Shown here: one piece after another, positions 62,827 to 64,000 of the stretch
Layout: each line of letters begins with the position of its first letter
How positions within the stretch are numbered: position 1 is the first letter of the stretch
DNA from: an uncultured delta proteobacterium
GTDB lineage: Bacteria > Desulfobacterota > WTBG01 > CAIYCZ01
Length of the DNA: 64,000 bases
Direction: 5' to 3'
Assembly: GCA_963803975.1 (NCBI GenBank)
Contig: CAWDOY010000054.1
Location: 32,001 to 96,000, forward strand
Notes under the pieces: generated by a model
Databases searched by the model: none
The model's input: the letters and a program-made list of their open reading frames with translations, nothing else
What the model was told of the DNA's origin: nothing
Translations under genes and position numbers: made by a program

Positions 62827-62950
62827 AAATATCAAGGGCTTTACACGCTGAATAAAAACTGATAAAATAAAATCAAATATCAGATTAGTAATCTTTCATT
62901 AATAGTTACTACGCTGTAAGTGGAAAAAGCTGAACACAGGAGAGGTTAAA

Positions 62951-63136
62951 ATGCTTTCCGCAAAAGATGAAATAGCCAAAATTATTCAAGAACAGCCGGA
63001 TGACAGTTCTTATGATGAAATTCTTCGCGAATTAGCATTCGCCCGAATGGTTGAACGCGGTCTTCTTGATTCACGGCATAATCGCACTATCAGTAATGAT
63101 GAAATGGCCAGAAGAATTAAAGCATGGCAGAGATAA
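62951..63136 (+). CDS. Putative antitoxin
   Basis: 61-aa ORF with RBS, overlapping the toxin start; ERGLLDS...TISNDEM. Confidence 0.78.
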   Translation: MLSAKDEIAKIIQEQPDDSSYDEILRELAFARMVERGLLDSRHNRTISNDEMARRIKAWQR

Positions 63137-63447
63137 ATTGGACCGCAGAAGCTGAACAATGGCTCAAAGATATCCATGATTATATTGCGCAGGATAACCC
63201 CAGGGCAGCTATTCGCCTGATTACCAGTATTTATAAGAAAGTGCAGTTACTTCGCAAATTCCCCGAGTTGGGCTACCGGTATGATCGTTATCCAGATCAG
63301 AACATTCGAATCCTTTTGTACGGACATTACCGAATTGCATATTGCATAAAACCTGATGGCACTATTGATATATTAGGCGTTTTTCATGGAGCATTAGATA
63401 TAGAACGATACCGTTTTAAAGCTGAGGGTAAAATGACAAAACGCTGA
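63124..63447 (+). CDS. RelE/ParE family toxin
   Basis: WTAEA...LKDIHDYIAQDNPRAA, FPELG, YRIAY, ILGVFHG. Confidence 0.9.
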   Translation: MAEINWTAEAEQWLKDIHDYIAQDNPRAAIRLITSIYKKVQLLRKFPELGYRYDRYPDQNIRILLYGHYRIAYCIKPDGTIDILGVFHGALDIERYRFKAEGKMTKR

Positions 63448-63509
63448 CAGCCGTCAGCTATCAGCTAATCAGAGCCCTGTACCGGTTGTCCGGTGCAGGG
63501 CTCTTTTTT
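63432..63509 (+). repeat. Direct repeat with terminator hairpin, right of the TA module
   Basis: AATGAC...CAGCCGTCAGCTATCAGCTAATCAGAGCCCTGTACCGGTTGTCCGGTGCAGGGCTCTTTTTT. Confidence 0.85.
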
Positions 63510-64000
63510 CTGAAGAAACTTTAAACCCCGCAGGCTATTCCTGCGCGGCCGGCGTAAGTTGACGAACGGCAATCCGTTCTATACTTGCGGTAGTGAAGAA
63601 ACAGGTGCTCGCTGATGCGACGCGCCGGCACGGCATGTGTACGCGCGGAAATTGTTATCAGTTGAATCGCCCGGCCCCGAACCCGCGCGTTGCAGGCGAT
63701 CCGCAAAGGAGAAACGTATGAAAGCTCTTCTGTTATCGCGCTGTCAATCCTCGCACGGTGCCCGCCAGGCGGATGGTGCTCTACTCGCAGCCCCCGGCCG
63801 CAGCGGTGATGTGCTCGATCCTCGCGGGCTATCCCAGCCCCAGTGACTGCGGACATATACGTGTAGACAGTTTTACGCACCGGCATGACGCTGCGATCAG
63901 TGAGTCCGCTGGCGCGGCGGCTATGACACAGGGCGTCCTGACGCGGCAGCGGTCGACTTCAGCGTCTTCTTTTATGATCGACCGCTGGCGGCAGCTGAGC

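Noticed and set aside
63521..64000. 121-aa ORF at the window end
   Set aside because: No recognisable product. It is probably the error-rich 3' end of a minus-strand gene entering from outside the window, and the frame cannot be determined.

Overview
Bacterial chromosomal segment whose gene content points to an anaerobic Desulfobacterota/deltaproteobacterium-like organism (inference: futalosine menaquinone genes, sulfide-type Thi4, sigma54 regulator, transcarboxylase-like genes). Many ordinary genes are split by single-base indels (kdpA, a histidine kinase, tal, mqnE, phoH, pgpH, ybeY, sdhB, leuC-like, pycB-like), which most likely reflects uncorrected long-read errors. Left to right it holds: a kdp K+-uptake operon next to an NtrC-type/sigma54 two-component system, with a kinase-less sensor paralogue and two identically built promoters; asd, cysC, tal and polX; an accessory island (AAA+/DUF4143 cassette between direct repeats, S41 peptidase, decayed vapBC, nucleotidyltransferase pair); murC, an M6 protease and mqnE-mqnA-mqnC; an AT-richer insert with a NiCo(czcD)-like riboswitch before a P2-type ATPase, next to a truncated CDF transporter; HTH-HD-GYP plus a DUF151 nuclease; rpsP-khpA-trmD-rplS-rnhB-yraN-PBP1A without rimM; phoH-pgpH-ybeY, thi4, ferritin, sdhAB, leuCD-like genes, citrate synthase and a transcarboxylase-like cluster; and a RelE/ParE TA module between direct repeats. 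Intergenic space carries at least three MITE-like families, some with nested REP-like hairpins, plus 7/8-mer palindromic arrays. No rRNA, tRNA or CRISPR array was recognised.
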